From assembly GCF_009914755.1 (NCBI RefSeq), contig NC_060925.1: a stretch of 64,000 nt of DNA; one strand, written 5' to 3'. Origin of the DNA: the human T2T-CHM13v2.0 reference genome, Homo sapiens. The notes under the pieces are model-generated. The model saw only the letters and a program-made list of their open reading frames with translations. It was not told where the DNA came from and did no database searches. The stretch's first letter is position 1; each line of letters starts with the position of its first letter. Below, piece by piece: positions 1-17,569 of the stretch. The position numbers and the translations under genes were made by a program.

Positions 1-998
1 TCTTGACTCCACTGGCTGTAACACCTTTTTACTGAGATCTTCATGACACTACTTCTTGAACAGGTGTTTATTAAGTCACTGTCTTCACATTTTTCTTCTA
101 TTCCTCAACACACAGATGAATTGTGTGTTGGACTTTCCAATTGAACTTTCAACCCAACAGTTCCTGGAAATTTCTCTTACCAAATTACTTATGATGTTGT
201 CAAAATCAATAATCAATTATTTTCCTATTGCATTTGATGCGTCAGCAGCATCCAATAGTGGTCCACACTCTTCTTGAAACACTTTCTTTGCTTGACTTTT
301 ACAAGGCCATCTCCTAATTTTCCTCTTGCCTGCTACCAACTCCTACTCAGTACATTTAGCTGGTCCCTCCTTCTCTGTTCAACCTCTAAATATTGATACA
401 TCTATTCCAGGATTCAGTCCAGGAACTTTCCCTTTTATCCATGAATATTCTTACCCTAGTTTATTTCATCTAATCCTGTGCCTTTAAAAATTATTCTGTG
501 CTACTCATGTCCAAATTGACCTCTCTAGGACTATAGCACAAGGGGTGTCATTATCCTAAAGTAACCCAGAAATTTAATAAGCTGGCCTAGAAGAGGGATT
601 TCCTTTTCCCAACATGAGGGGCTGTGCCTACTATAGCTCCCTGTACAATGGGTGGCTTTATCCCCTAAGAAAAGGAAAACTCTTTGCATGAGGCCCAAGG
701 ACTCTAGGTGCTGGGCAGTTGAGTTTCACCATCTTGTGAACAGTTGGCACCTAAATCCAGACTGTTTCACACCAACAGCCTGTGTGTTCCTCCATTGTTA
801 AAGCTGTGTCCTTCTGCTTACATGACAAAAAAAAATTATAATAAGGGAGACTAGTGTTCCTACATTGGAATGCAGATTGCCGTTGTGAGCCCATCATTTC
901 TTGACAATTTATGCATTAGCATAAAAAAGAGAATACAGAAATCATGCTATCTATTCTTTTTCTGATCAGTAATCTTTGTGAGTTTTCCTAATATAGCA

Positions 999-2280
<1,282 letters not shown>

Positions 2281-2399
2281 TACAGCATATTATTTAACCC
2301 ATAATTATCACACTGAGAAATTCTTCACATGCTCAGATGCCAATAGGTGGTGACTCAGATGAGCATCACTTGATACAGCAGGCTGACATTCCCTGAGCA

Positions 2400-5295
<2,896 letters not shown>

Positions 5296-7041
5296 TTTAA
5301 GTAAAGAAAGTGTCTCAGGAGCTTACGGTGGGTAAATTTGGGCAGTTCTAATGCATAGGCTTCAGAAGCACTCACAGCATGTTCAGTTCAGGAATTTGCT
5401 GAAAATGGTTTTGCAGCCAAAAATATGGCATAAGTTCAAACATCTATGACAAGAGTCATTGGGGCAAACAACTACAATCTCCACTCTTGTGGTACGGGCC
5501 ATATTATTAAGCAGTTATCAATAGATACCTTTCCTTCAATGATGTTCTTCATCTAGTAACCCAGAGCTCTTCAGGGGAAAGTTGCAATTGAGGTCTTGGA
5601 TATATTCAGCAGGAAAGAAAGTCACCTCACATAAAACTAAGTGATTGGAGCTGTCACCATTGCAAATTTCTAAACTTTACAAGATAATAGCAACATTTCA
5701 AATGACACTCAGACAGGAAATAATGTGCTAATGTGGATTCCCCTCCAAACATATTTACTGCACAAAGGCAAAGTTCACATTGCACTTGGAGATATCTCCC
5801 AGACTAGTTTAACTTCACAGATTGCAGATCCCAGACAGCTGGTATGAACTGACCAGCGTCCTGTTAAGGCTAAACCTAAGACTCTTTACCACACTCTTCT
5901 CCACAGACTCTTTACCACACATTTTACCACTTAATCTTTTTCGAAGAGTGGCCTTAGGATTGGATTTCTCTTCCTGTTCCTGGGAAGAATTAGAGATATA
6001 ACCTAAAGGTCACTATTCTTCTGAGAAAAGGGATGCTGGAGGAGATGGGAGCAATGAGTATGTGGCATGAGTTCAGAGTGATAAGGGACAAGCTAGGAGC
6101 CACAGAGCATAAAGCTCCAGGGCTGCCTTAGGGAATGAAGTGGCCAGCACCTTGACTCTTCTGTCCAGCCTTTTAACCATTTAATTAATGGTGAAAGCTT
6201 TTTCATTTTCTTTCAGCTACTCTTGGCAGTGGTGGGGACATGGAATTTTTGCAAACAATGTGGTGGAGGAAAATAAGGCATCTGTGCAAGTCTATAACCA
6301 CTTTACCTCTGTTTTTAGTCCTCTCCATGGTCACCCTAGAATAAGATCTGCTCCCCAGGATCTTCTATTTCCTGGCGAGTGTTTCCTGCAATCTTGGATT
6401 GGCCATGATGGGCTGGAGCTGCCTTGTGACAGGAGCAGGAGGGTTTCCGGGTCAGAGGATTGTCAACCTCTTGGTGAAGGAGAAGGAGCTAAAGGAGATC
6501 AGGGCCTTGGACAAGGCCTTCAGATCAGGATTGAGGGAGAAATTTTCTAGTAAGTAAACTTGAGTCATGGGTGTGTGGCTACATTTTAAACCTTGCATGG
6601 GTGTGGGAAGGTGGAGCTTTTCTGGCAAGTTATGGCAAGTTGTAGCCAAACCTAAGCCAATCCCACATCCAAAGTCATCAAAAAAAGAAAATTAAATAGT
6701 ATAAAATGGCATAGTGTGAAAGATACTGGACAGGCTGTCCAGAGACTGGATTCTGGCCCTGACCCAGAACTTGAGAGGCAGCCACCTCAGCCTCCAGGCC
6801 TCTTTTCATCTAGAAAATCCCACATCAGTTCTCATTCTTATCTACAAGTCTTTTATGCTCTGAAGCTTTTTGTCTTGGCAATTGCTTTACAACATTCACA
6901 AAGGACAGCATTTACCTGGAGACCTCACCAGTGGGTCCCTGCCTGTCTAGACTGCCCCAAGCTTTGTTTTGTTTCATAGCATCCTCAGCATCTTTAGTGG
7001 AGGTAAAATAAAAGGAAGCGGAGGTAAAGATGAGTGTTTAA

Positions 7042-7240
7042 GTGTGTGTGTGTGTGTGCATATGTGCCTGTGTGTGCATGTCAGAGAGTGAGAAAGAGAG
7101 AGAAAATGAAGGGGAGAGAAAAATCAGAGAGAGAAAATGAGAAAGATGGAGAATGAATGAGAAAGAGTGAGAGAGAGAGCAGCAGTGAGAGGGAGACAGT
7201 GTGCACAAGCACACAGCACAGAGCAGAGACAGAGTAAGAG
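7042..7240 (+). repeat. (TG)n plus GA-rich low-complexity tract in intron 2; paralog at 47305-47500
   Basis: Direct read in both copies. Confidence 0.85.
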
Positions 7241-9524
7241 GCAGTATAAGGCCAGGCATGCCTCATTTTCATTTCTCACATATGGCTTTTTTTTAAAAAC
7301 CATTTGTCTCTGTTGCTCAATACCCGCCCCCCCCCCACCCCCACCCTGCAATTGCAGAATTTGTTGTAGCAACTCCTTGTGCAAATAACACTATGAGGAA
7401 GGTGGTAGAAAAGGGGTGATATCCAAGTGGACAATGAACACATCAAGGTCCAGAAACAAAGCGATTTGCCAAGGCCATCTGATTAATGTGTAGCAGAGCT
7501 CAGACCAAAGCTTCATCCAGAGGCTTCACTTGGCCCTGGGGCTGACACTTGGCAAAATGGGTCTTCAGTCTCTCCTTTTGCCTCCCTGTGTGTCCAATTC
7601 CCTGTCCTCCTCCCCATCCCATGGGATTGGGAGGACTGTGTGTCTACATGTGGGCTCTGATTGTGCAGAGGGTCATGTGCTGCCCACAGAAGAGTCCCCA
7701 CTTGACAGCACTCAGGGACCACACCCAGCACTCTACTCTTCTTTCACTCTTCTCTGACCTCTTCTGATTTCCTCCACCCTCTGTTCTAATGGTGTCTTTG
7801 ATAAACAAATATTAACACTTCATGAATTTTAAATGATTGTAATCATTATGTCTCACCAATATTTGCACTCTAACACGTAATACAAAGAAAAAGCAATGCT
7901 TAGCCTAGAGGAACAATTCCCCTGTGGTGAAAATGCAGGGGTATAATGGATGGGCAAAAGACTGTATGAAGATAAAAACAGAGAATCCTTTCAGTGTTTT
8001 TTCTGTGCCAGGCACTGTGCTACATGGTTTGCATGTGCCCACTCATTTGCTGCTCATAACAGCCCTATGAGATTGTTAATGTTATTAGCCTCCTTTCTTA
8101 CAGATGAGGAAACAGTCAGAGAGAGATTAATGAACTTGTCCAATGTTCCACAGTTAGAATATGGCAAAGTTGGATTTGAACCCATGTGGTCTAGTGCAGC
8201 ATCTGTGCTCTTAAGCAGTAGTTCGTCTAGCAGCTTGAGGAGGGAGGGAGCAATGGCTCCATCCACAAAGTCCCCTTTCCTGGTCTCTCTAGTTCCCTGT
8301 GAACTCACTGCGGAAGAGTCATTTTCTCTTGGCTTTAGACTTCTTCAGCTTTGAAATGACAATTCCTTTGAGCCAGTCTGAAGTTGGCAGCAAATGGGAA
8401 GCAGATGAAGGGAGCAGGAAGTACAGAGGTGGAAATACTACCAGAGAAAATTCCACTCTCAGGCTGTCACCCACCTCCTCCCCAGCAGCCTCTTCCCTGC
8501 CTCCCCCATTCCAGGGCCTCCTTGGAGTTGCCTGACAGTGGGAAGGGGCTGGGAGTAGACAAAACAAGGCAGAGGCATCAGGAGAGCAAATGGTCCCACC
8601 TGTATCCCAGGAAGGAATTTCTCCTGCTTTGAATTTTTCACTCTGAATTTTACTCTCACTGTTCTTTGGCCTTTGTTGCCAATTTCAGTTAAACTGACTT
8701 ATTCTTACTCTTTCTCAGAAAAGTTGATTGTAAACAGCTATTCCTGCACCTGGTGTACAGGGTACAAGACTTGGAGGTGGGGTGGGCAACTTTGAGCCTT
8801 CACTAGAAACGTGACCTTTAATCTGTCCCTTAACCTCTCTGAGCCCCAGTTTCTTCACCAATAAAATGGGATTCAGAACACCTACCTCATGAGACAGCTG
8901 TAAAAGGAAATAAGCAAGCTGTGAGCTGTATGCAGATTATAAAGCACAAATGAGTGTAAAGTATTTATCTGAGCTCCATGTAGCATGGTGTTCATTTTGT
9001 GGGCTAATTCCAGGTGACAACTTTACTGGCAGCATCACTACCTGTGGATTTCAGAGGAGCCTGAAGACATTGATGTTGTAACTGCTGCCCTGGGCTACAC
9101 AGCTGGATGTTAGTTCATTGGTGACTGACTCATTTTCAGCATTTGTACCTCCTTTGATAATATCCAATAAGAATTTTCAAAAAAATTCATTATTTAAACT
9201 CTTCTGCAATTCGCTAGTAATGGCTCCACTCTCCTCCCAGTTGCTCAAGCAGGAAACCATAGGGGTGATTTTATCTTCTCCTTTTCCTCTCAGCCAAGAT
9301 CCAACAGGTACCAGGACCTTCAAGGTGAGGTCTGAAATTCCAACCTGGTATATCTCTCTCCTCCTCTGCTTCCACTGCTGGACCCTGCTTCCAGTCCTCA
9401 TCTAAACTTTGGTACAGACATTCTGATTAATCTCTTGATCCCCTGGCTTTCTCATATCCCCTATACCAGTCCATTTTATATCCTTGAGGCAAGGTTAACT
9501 TCCTACACTACAATTCTGCTTCTG

Positions 9525-9823
9525 TTTTTCTTTTTCTTTTTGAAACAGGATTTTGCTGTGCCACCCAGGCTGGAGTCCAGAGGCATGATCTCTGCTCACT
9601 GCCACCTTCACCTCCTGGGACCCATCCATCCTCCTACCTCAGGCTTCTTATTAGCTGGGAGTATAGGCATTCACCACTATGTCTGGCTAATTTGTGTATT
9701 TTTGGTAGAGACGGGGTTTCACCAGGTTGTCCAGGCTGGTCTCAACCTCCTGGATGCAAGCGATCCACCTGCCTCAGTCTCCCAAATTGCTAGAATCACA
9801 GGTGTGAGCCACCACCCCTGGCC
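9525..9823 (-). mobile_element. Old Alu (J-like) in pseudogene intron 2
   Basis: Antisense Alu with T tail; same position as the Alu at 49903-50231, so it predates the duplication. Confidence 0.85.
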
Positions 9824-10882
9824 TGTTTCTCTACTTGTTCCAAATATAAATAAGGGGTTTTCTGTGACATGGTGCTGGAGACCGAAAATCACAATTCTGC
9901 ATTACCTACAGAATTAAATTCAAACTTTTCCCTCTTATACCCAACTCTCCACAATCACCCTACTCTCCTTAAAAATTTTGGTGAGTCTCCCATGACCCTA
10001 GCCGTGCTTATATTCCAGGCACACCTGACAGCTCATTGCTCAGATTACTTTTCTGAAATGAGATGGGGTAGAAACAGATGTTTGCTCTTTCCCAAAAAAT
10101 TGCTAAACGTGCTGACTTCTGTGCCTTTGTTTAATTGTTCCTTCCATGGAGTGTACATCCTCCACTCTAACAACCCAACTCTAACCATCCTCGAACACCT
10201 ATGTAACATCATCTTTATCAGGAAACTTCCAAGCCAGATTCGGAAACCCTTCCAATGACCTGACCTATGTTCTTGCAGAGCTCCAGAACAAGACCAAGAT
10301 GACAGTGCTAGAAGGAGACATTCTGGATCAGTCATGCCTGAAGAGAGCCTGCCAAGACATCTCGGTAGTCATCCACACCGCCTCTATCATTGACATCTTC
10401 GGTGTCACTCACAGAGAGTCTATCATGAACTTCAATGTGAAAGGTACAGTAGCCTGAGGAGGAGATGGAGCAAGGTGGAGCAAACAAGGATCAGAAAGAT
10501 AAACAATGAACGAAGAGAAGTCCCTCCGCTGAACACCTGCTATGCTCTGGGCCAAGTGTCTTTGCTAATCACTACCAACTGGGGGAGTTCAAAGCTGCTA
10601 CCTTCAGTTTTTTACATGAGAAGACTAGGGCTGAGAGATGGCAAGTAACTTGTCCAAGGCCCCCCAGGTAAGTAAGTAAGTAGGAGAATGAGACTTTAAA
10701 CTCACCCCTGTGTGACTCCAAAGGCTGTGGATGCTCTTTCTACTGTGGCTCCAATCAAATTCAGCTAAACTCCGACTTCAGACTCTTGATATCCAGCCAC
10801 CCCTTGCCTCTGTGGGCCAGAATCAAATCTTCCAAGTGCCACTATAGTCATCATTTTAAATCTTGTTGTACACTGATGAGAA

Positions 10883-12010
10883 TGAAATGGGAAAAATCCC
10901 TTGTCCCCTTCACAGTGCGTGTGACGGGGGTGTGGCTCCCTCCTTCAGTGCCCCTGCTCAGACCACTAGGGGAGCATAAGGATGAGCAGGCTGGAGGGCT
11001 CCAACTCCAAAGCAGCATCTAGGGGCAAATGTTCACAGCTCCTGAAGCCCCAGTGGGCATGTGTTACATGGTGCTCTTTTAGTTTTGCTCTTTTAGTTTT
11101 GCTCTTTTAGTTTTGCCGTCTATAGGCAGCTTGTGTTAACCAGCTCAATTAGACCTTAGACCGTCCAGCTTGCCACAAGGATGGAGGGCTTTCTATATCC
11201 TGGGTTCTTCTCTTAGTGTACCAGAAAAATTGAATCACACCTGAGCTTGGAGAATGAGTGCAAGCTTTTATTGAGTGGAGGTAGCTCTCAGCAGATGGAG
11301 GAAGCCAGAATAGAATGGTTTTCCCCCGGAGTGTGCTGCTCAGTGGCCTGACACTTCCCTAACTGCTTGGCCTAACTCTGCATCCTTCTGCTGGTCAGTG
11401 CATCCCTCTCAACATCCAGCTGCCCTGTGTTTCTTCACTGATGTGCTTCCCTCAACATCTAGCTGCTTCTGTCTTCTTCCCCTGATCTGCTCCTCTTGAC
11501 ATCCAGCAGCTTGTGTGTGTCTGCTAGAATCTTGGGCCTTTTTAACAGGCACAGAATTAAACATGTGTATTATACAAGGAAAGAATTTAGTGCCAAAGAT
11601 TACAGAGACAAGAAGTAAAATATACTAACAACATTGTACGAGCTGTTTCACCCTGGACTGGTTAAACTTTAGAAGAGACATAACTGTTCTTGGCATATCT
11701 TTAGCAGTTAACAGATGCACCCCAGGAATTCTGGGGTTTGTGGGCTTGCACCAAGGCCAGTAAAGCTTTTGGTTTTTTTCTGTATCTCCTCTCTCTTTCC
11801 TGGGCTTTTCTGTCTCTATGAGGAAAGACCGAGATGGCCACTTTCAGGAGCTCCTCTAATGTACTATCTGATCCCAGAGCCTGTTTCTGCAACTTCCTCC
11901 TGATGACAGGAGCTGCCTGAGTAATAAATTTATCGTTTAGATGTCTCTCGACTGAGGCAGGAGATAGAGAGGTGTGCTTTACTAAGACCTCACTTAGCCT
12001 TTCCAGTAGG
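10883..12010 (-). mobile_element. ERV1 remnant in pseudogene intron 3: LTR ~10883-11555 (LTR9/HUERS-P3-like, tentative) plus gag capsid fragment ~11700-12010
   Basis: ORF 11701..12069 reads LLERLSEVLVKHTSLSP..DKFITQAAPVIRRKLQKQALG, typical of gammaretrovirus-like gag CA. LTR ends in TTTCA on the minus strand, with a minus-strand AATAAA at ~11267. Absent from HSD3B1 intron 3. Confidence 0.8.
11073..11114 (+). repeat. 14-bp tandem repeat x3 (gctcttttagtttt) inside the intronic LTR
   Basis: Three perfect units. Confidence 0.9.
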
Positions 12011-15000
12011 ATTTTCATTTTTGTGTTTTTCCTATGGCTGTAGCATGACCCAATCTCAGTCAGATCCACTGAAGAATGTACCTCGAGTCTATTACAACCA
12101 CTGAACTTGGGAGTGGGGAGTGAGACACATGGATCTGTTCAGGTGGTTGGTCCCCCTTAGGGATATTTCCTGACATTGACAGCATGCTCTTCATGGGCAG
12201 GTACCCAACAGCTGTTGGAGGCCTGTGTCCAAGCTAGTGTGCTAGTCTTCATCCATACCAGCAGCATACAGGTAGCCTGGCCCAACTCCTACAAAGAGAT
12301 TTTCCAGAATCGACACAAACAAGAGCATCTGGAAAACACATGGTCTGCTCCATATCCATACAGCAAAAACTTGCTGAGAAGGCTGTGCTGGTGGCTAATG
12401 TGTGGACTCTGAAAAATGCTGGCATGTTGTACACTTGTGCCTTAAGCTCAATGCATATCTATGGGGAAGGAAGCCCATTTCTTACTGACAATATAAATAA
12501 GGCCTTGAAAAACAATGCGATCCTGTCAACTGTTGGAAAGTTCTCCACAACCAACCCAGTCTATGTGGGCTGGGCCCACATTCTGGCCTTGAGGCCCTGT
12601 GGGGCCCCAAGAAGGTCCCAAGTGTCTGAGGACAGTTCTACTACATCTCAGATGACACGCCTCACCAAAGCTATGATAACCTTAATTACGCCCTGAGCAA
12701 AGAGTTCGGCCTCTGCCTTGATTCCAGATGGAGGCTTCCTTTAGCCCTGAGGTACTGAATTGGCTTCCTGCTGGAAATAGTGAGCTTCCTGCTCAGGTCA
12801 ATTTATACCTATTGACCTCCCTTCAACTGCCACACAGTGACATTGTCCAACAGCATGGTCACCTTCTCTTACAAGAAGGCTCAGCGAGATCTGGCGTATA
12901 AGCCAATTTACAGCTGGGAGGAAGCCCAGCAGAAAACCATGGAGTGGGTTGGTTCCCTTGTGGACTGGAACAAGGAGACCCTAAAGTCCAAGACTCAGTG
13001 ATTTAAGGATGACAGAGATGTGCATGTGGGTATTGTTAGGCGATGTCATCAAGCTCCATCCTCCTGGCTTCATACAGAAGGTGACAAGGGCACAAGCCCA
13101 GATCCTGTTGCCTCCCTTTCACACAATAGCCAACTTATTATCTTCCTGTGCCATCAAAACCTGTGCAGTCAGTGGCCTAACCAAAAGCTTTCTGTCCTAA
13201 TCACATGCCAGAGGACACACAAGGTGATTTGCTGTTACCAAATCTCGTGGCCTGATTCTGAACAATTTGGGATCTCTTTTAACTTGAGGGTCTCTTTCGA
13301 CTACTACAGCTCCATTTCCCCTCTTAAATGAGAAGGGATTTCTTTTCTTTTAAATCTCCTATTTCTTCACAGAGTTCAATGAAAAGAGTAATAAATGATT
13401 TAATGCTTAAAGTGGAGAAAAGTGTGGTTACTGTTAATACATACTTTTCTCCTTTCTTTTACATTTCCAGGTATCACCATCTCTCATTTAGAAGAGTAGG
13501 CTGAAACAGGGGTTAGGAGGTGGGCAGAGTAGTGGGAGGGTCAGGGAGGGCGGATGAAGACTGAATGAATAAGCTCTACTATGTTTCACACATGTACAAC
13601 ATAACCTACATATGACATATATTATCTCATTTAATACTCATCAGAAATCTATGAGGTAGAGTGACAATTTCCATTTTATTAGCAAGGAAACTTGTGCACA
13701 GTCACACTGATTAGTGACTAGGCCTGCTATGAGGGAGTTGGCCTTGAAAGTCCTTATCTTTCCACCCAATTACACAGCCTGAACTGGTCTTGTCCGTGGT
13801 ACAGCAGAGCACTGAAGCATGGGGTGCCGATTTATGGGAGAGCCCCGGCTACCTTGGATTACCTCCTTCTTGCCCAGTCCCTTGCAGGGGACTCTAGAAT
13901 CCAGGAGAATCCTCGAGGAGTATCTGGAAGGGTTTGCATGCCTTAGCAAATGGCCCTGAGCAGGGCAGAGAGAAGCAAAAATGCATCCAGCCTCCACCTT
14001 CAGTGCCAATTTCCTTGAAGGTCTGTAGAACACACCTGGCTATATGTGTGTTGATCATTCTGGTTATTCATAACCCTGCATTTCACCCTTCCAATCACAC
14101 AATGAAGCCACATCATGGGTTCCTGGGCAAGTAAAGAAAACAAGTGTGAACTTTCCCCAAAATATACCTTCTATTCAGCCTCAAAGTAGAAGTCTACTAT
14201 CCCATATCCCCAGATTTAATGGTCTCTCTCTCCTTTCTCTTTTTCATTTTAAATTACATCTGTTCTTCCTTCATTCTTCCATCTCCTTAGCCACTTTCTT
14301 CTCTCTATCTCCCCTTTAATCACTGGTCCTCTCATTTGTCTCAATTTCCATGAAGAGATGAGGCCAATCAATATAAGTTTGGGGACTTCAATGATGACAT
14401 AGTTATTAAGCAACCAACAAAAACACAGTCAAAAGAAACACTGTCAGGGGCATCAGGGACAGAATTGAGCGGGAGCAGGTGAGGAGGTTGCTGTGGGTCA
14501 ACAGTGTGGGGAGGGGAAGCTATCTCCTCTGGACCTGGATGTATCACAGCATGATTAGAGTAATACACAACATCAAGATGACTTCTTTCTTACAGAGGAA
14601 ATTTACAGATCATTAATCAGTTGAATTTGATTACCACAAAGGAATTAGTTTCAGTGTTCATCCTGTAGAGTAAAGGAAACCATATTCTGGCCCAGATGAA
14701 CAGGTTTCCACCATCGTCAAAACCACAGGGGACAGATGATCAGCACTAGCATCAGGGGGTGTGGCCCCAGGCAGTGGGGTAACGTGGAAAATGGAACACC
14801 CATCCTTCCCCGGCCACTGCACAAAATGCAAGAGCCAGCATCTGTCCAGCTCTTGAAAGGCATGCACACCATCCGTATGTTAATGTCAAATAGAATGGGA
14901 AGAAAAGGAGAGTGGTGGAATCTGAGGAAAGAGCCCTTCCCCCTGGTTTTTCAGCCTTGCGAAACCCCACGCCTATAAAACCACCAGGGCAATTTTCACA

Positions 15001-16789
15001 GGGAAGGTAAAGAAAAGGACATATTTTCAACGGGCAGCAAGGGTTGCTTAAAGAAAGAGACGAGGGAATCGGATGGGCCAGGATTCTCAACTGAACAAGC
15101 AATAAGGCCTTGTTGTGTTGTGGCCAACAAAATGTGCCATCACTTCTTATACCTGAGGGTGTGAGGCTGGCGGAGCTCCTGCACCAAACTCTGCTGCACC
15201 TCACGAGACTCACCACACAGCGGCAGCAAAGTCTCAGAGGGAAGAACAAGGAAGGAAACCTGACCCAGCACGGACTTTTAGGTGTCTTTTCTCCACCGGG
15301 GTGGCTCTGCAGGGTACCTGGCAAAGGAATGAATGAAAACACAGGCAAGTGCTCAGCCACCAGCTTAAGGGTTTAGGTATATGTGAGTACAGAGAATGGA
15401 GCTGAGCTGAAGTCACTGGGAAAAGCCACAGGAGCCAGTGGGGCTTGAAGGAGGCCTTGGATTCCTGGTTCCAAGGCAGGGGGCACAGTTTGGGCAGTGG
15501 TGAAGAGGAGGATGAGGGACATGAGGATGCCCACCCGCCTTCTGGGAAACGTGTACAGAGGGCAGATGAGGAGCTCAGGTGCAAGACTCAGCCATGGACC
15601 CGACAGGCAGGCTCCCAGGCCAGGGATGGAGTGGGGAGCCCACAGTGGCCTAGAGAGATCTTGCAGAAAAGTGGCCAAAGTCCAACTCTTATGTGAAATC
15701 TTTTCATTTCTAAATATTAGTGACTAACCCTAAATTTGAAAAAGCAGTGTGAAGACCAGCTCCAGGGGAGGGATATGTGGGCTAGTGTTCAAACTGTATG
15801 TGTAACATTTTGTATCTTAAAAAGTGGGTGGCGAGGTGTCAGCAGCAAATCTGTTCATTCTTGGTGATAAGTCCCAAATATACATTATTATATAATATTC
15901 TCAGTTTTTCTGTATGTTTAACACAGGTCATGATTTTTTAAAAAAATTAAATTCTGTGAGGGAAAAATATGCAAATTAACAAAACACATTCAAAGGTTGA
16001 CCCCAGGCTTAAGGCCTCCGATTTTCCACTTCTGCTCCTGGTCTAGCGGTCCAGTGGGGGAGATAAAATACGAGACATGTTAGATGCTGTGCACAGTAAA
16101 TGTGCGGTGTCATAAGAGAGGATAGTGCTTCTGGAGGATCCATTCCCCTGGGCATTCATGGGGTTCTTGCATTTGGACTGGATATCAAAAGATGGGTAGG
16201 ATTTCAACAGACAGGAATGTGAGTGAAAGTATTCCAGGCAGAGGCAATGCAGTCTGCAAAGACCCAGGTGGGAAAAGGGGTCACTTTTAGGCAACAATGA
16301 AACCAGACCAGAGAGCACAAGGCCAGGGGAGAAGTGGAAGATGCACCTGGAAAAAAATGATGGGCACAGACCATGATCACTCATGATCACCCCTGGAGAC
16401 ACCCTGCCTCCTTCCTTCAGTTGCCTTCAGAGTAGGAATTCTGTGACCCCTCTTAAAGACCACTTGACATTCAATTACTTCACATATAATATGCCTCATC
16501 TTCTCTCAAAAATTGGACTCCAAGGAAAAAGAATGTCTCCTCTAGCTGTAAATATTGATGGTGATACTAAAAGATGGGACATCATTCACTATGCAATGGG
16601 AATTGTTCAGCTGTCCCTGGAAGATTATGATGGCAGTATTTCGTAGGATGGACTGAAAGAGATGCTGAGGATACTTCAAGAATCTAGGTAAGAAATGAAG
16701 GCCTGATTTATATGTTGGTAACAAAATGGAAGACAGGGGCAACCGAGGTAGGCCTGAGGCAGAATGGCCACTAGTTTAGACAGCACTGG

Positions 16790-17520
16790 GTGTGGGCACA
16801 AAACTCTCATGCACCCACTTTCTCAAGCCAGAAACCTAGATGGCAGTCCCCACTCCTACCACCTATCATTCAGCGCTACCAACTTTACCTCCACAACACC
16901 TCTTGAATGTGTCGTCTTCCTCCCTGGTAACGTCATTCCTACTTTTACACCCCATAGGCCTCCCTGTCTTGGAGAGTCACCCGTGAAACGTATCCTCAGC
17001 AGTGTTGCCAGAGTTGTCTCTCCAAACTAGTCTCACCATGTCATGACCTTCCCTAAAACCAACCACTGGGTGGAGGCCCAGGACTGTCAGGATGAGCCTG
17101 AGAGCCTCAGCATAACATAGAGGGCCTCTGAAGCCCTGGGCCCTGCCCAATAGTCCAGACTAATTCTCACAAATCCCTGCCCTATCCCCAGATTCTCCTA
17201 CTTTGTGCCTCAACAATTTTCCAAACAGCGCTTCCTACATGCAGCATGCTTTTACATCCACCCAGGCCGGTGCACAGCATTCCTTCTGCTTAAAGGGTCC
17301 CCAGATCTCTTGCCAGCACCTTATTGCCTTCCCAGCTCCTTATTCACCATCCAAACATCTCTTTTTACAGCCTCTGTGCCTTGTGCATATTTAATTGCAC
17401 TGCTACTAATTTTTCTTGTATATATCCTGTTCCCCACCCCTAAGCTGCCATGTCACGAGGACAGTAATTCATCATGTCATCTCTCTGTCCCCAGTGCCTG
17501 ATTCAAAATAGGCACATGGG
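16790..17520 (+). mobile_element. L2 fragment ending in a (GGAT)n tract
   Basis: Pyrimidine-rich L2-like 3' region (aagccagaaacctaga..ccccagtgcctga..aataggcac). Similar L2 pieces at ~200-530, 29370-30010 and 57570-58205. Confidence 0.55.
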
Positions 17521-17569
17521 TAGGTGGGTGGATGGATGGATGGATGGATGGATGGATGGATGGATGGAT
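17520..17569 (+). repeat. (GGAT)n microsatellite
   Basis: Direct read. Confidence 0.95.

Larger units (their letters stand above)
6138..13410 (+). pseudogene. HSD3BP1: Unprocessed HSD3B pseudogene: exon1 ~6138-6190, exon2 6319-6549 (ATG 6405), exon3 10279-10443, exon4 12201-~13410
   Basis: Collinear with HSD3B1 and splice sites intact. Exon 4 lesions: 1-nt deletion at ~12370, 9-nt deletion at ~12570, 1-nt deletion at ~12593, TGA at 12756 and 12813. Ancestral stop 12999-13001; AATAAA 13390. The pseudogene call is firm; the number P1 is from recalled gene order. Confidence 0.9.

Noticed and set aside
9435-9917. 160-aa ORF and similar ORFs at 4392, 44931, 49782 and 49891
   Set aside because: They run through Alu sequence.
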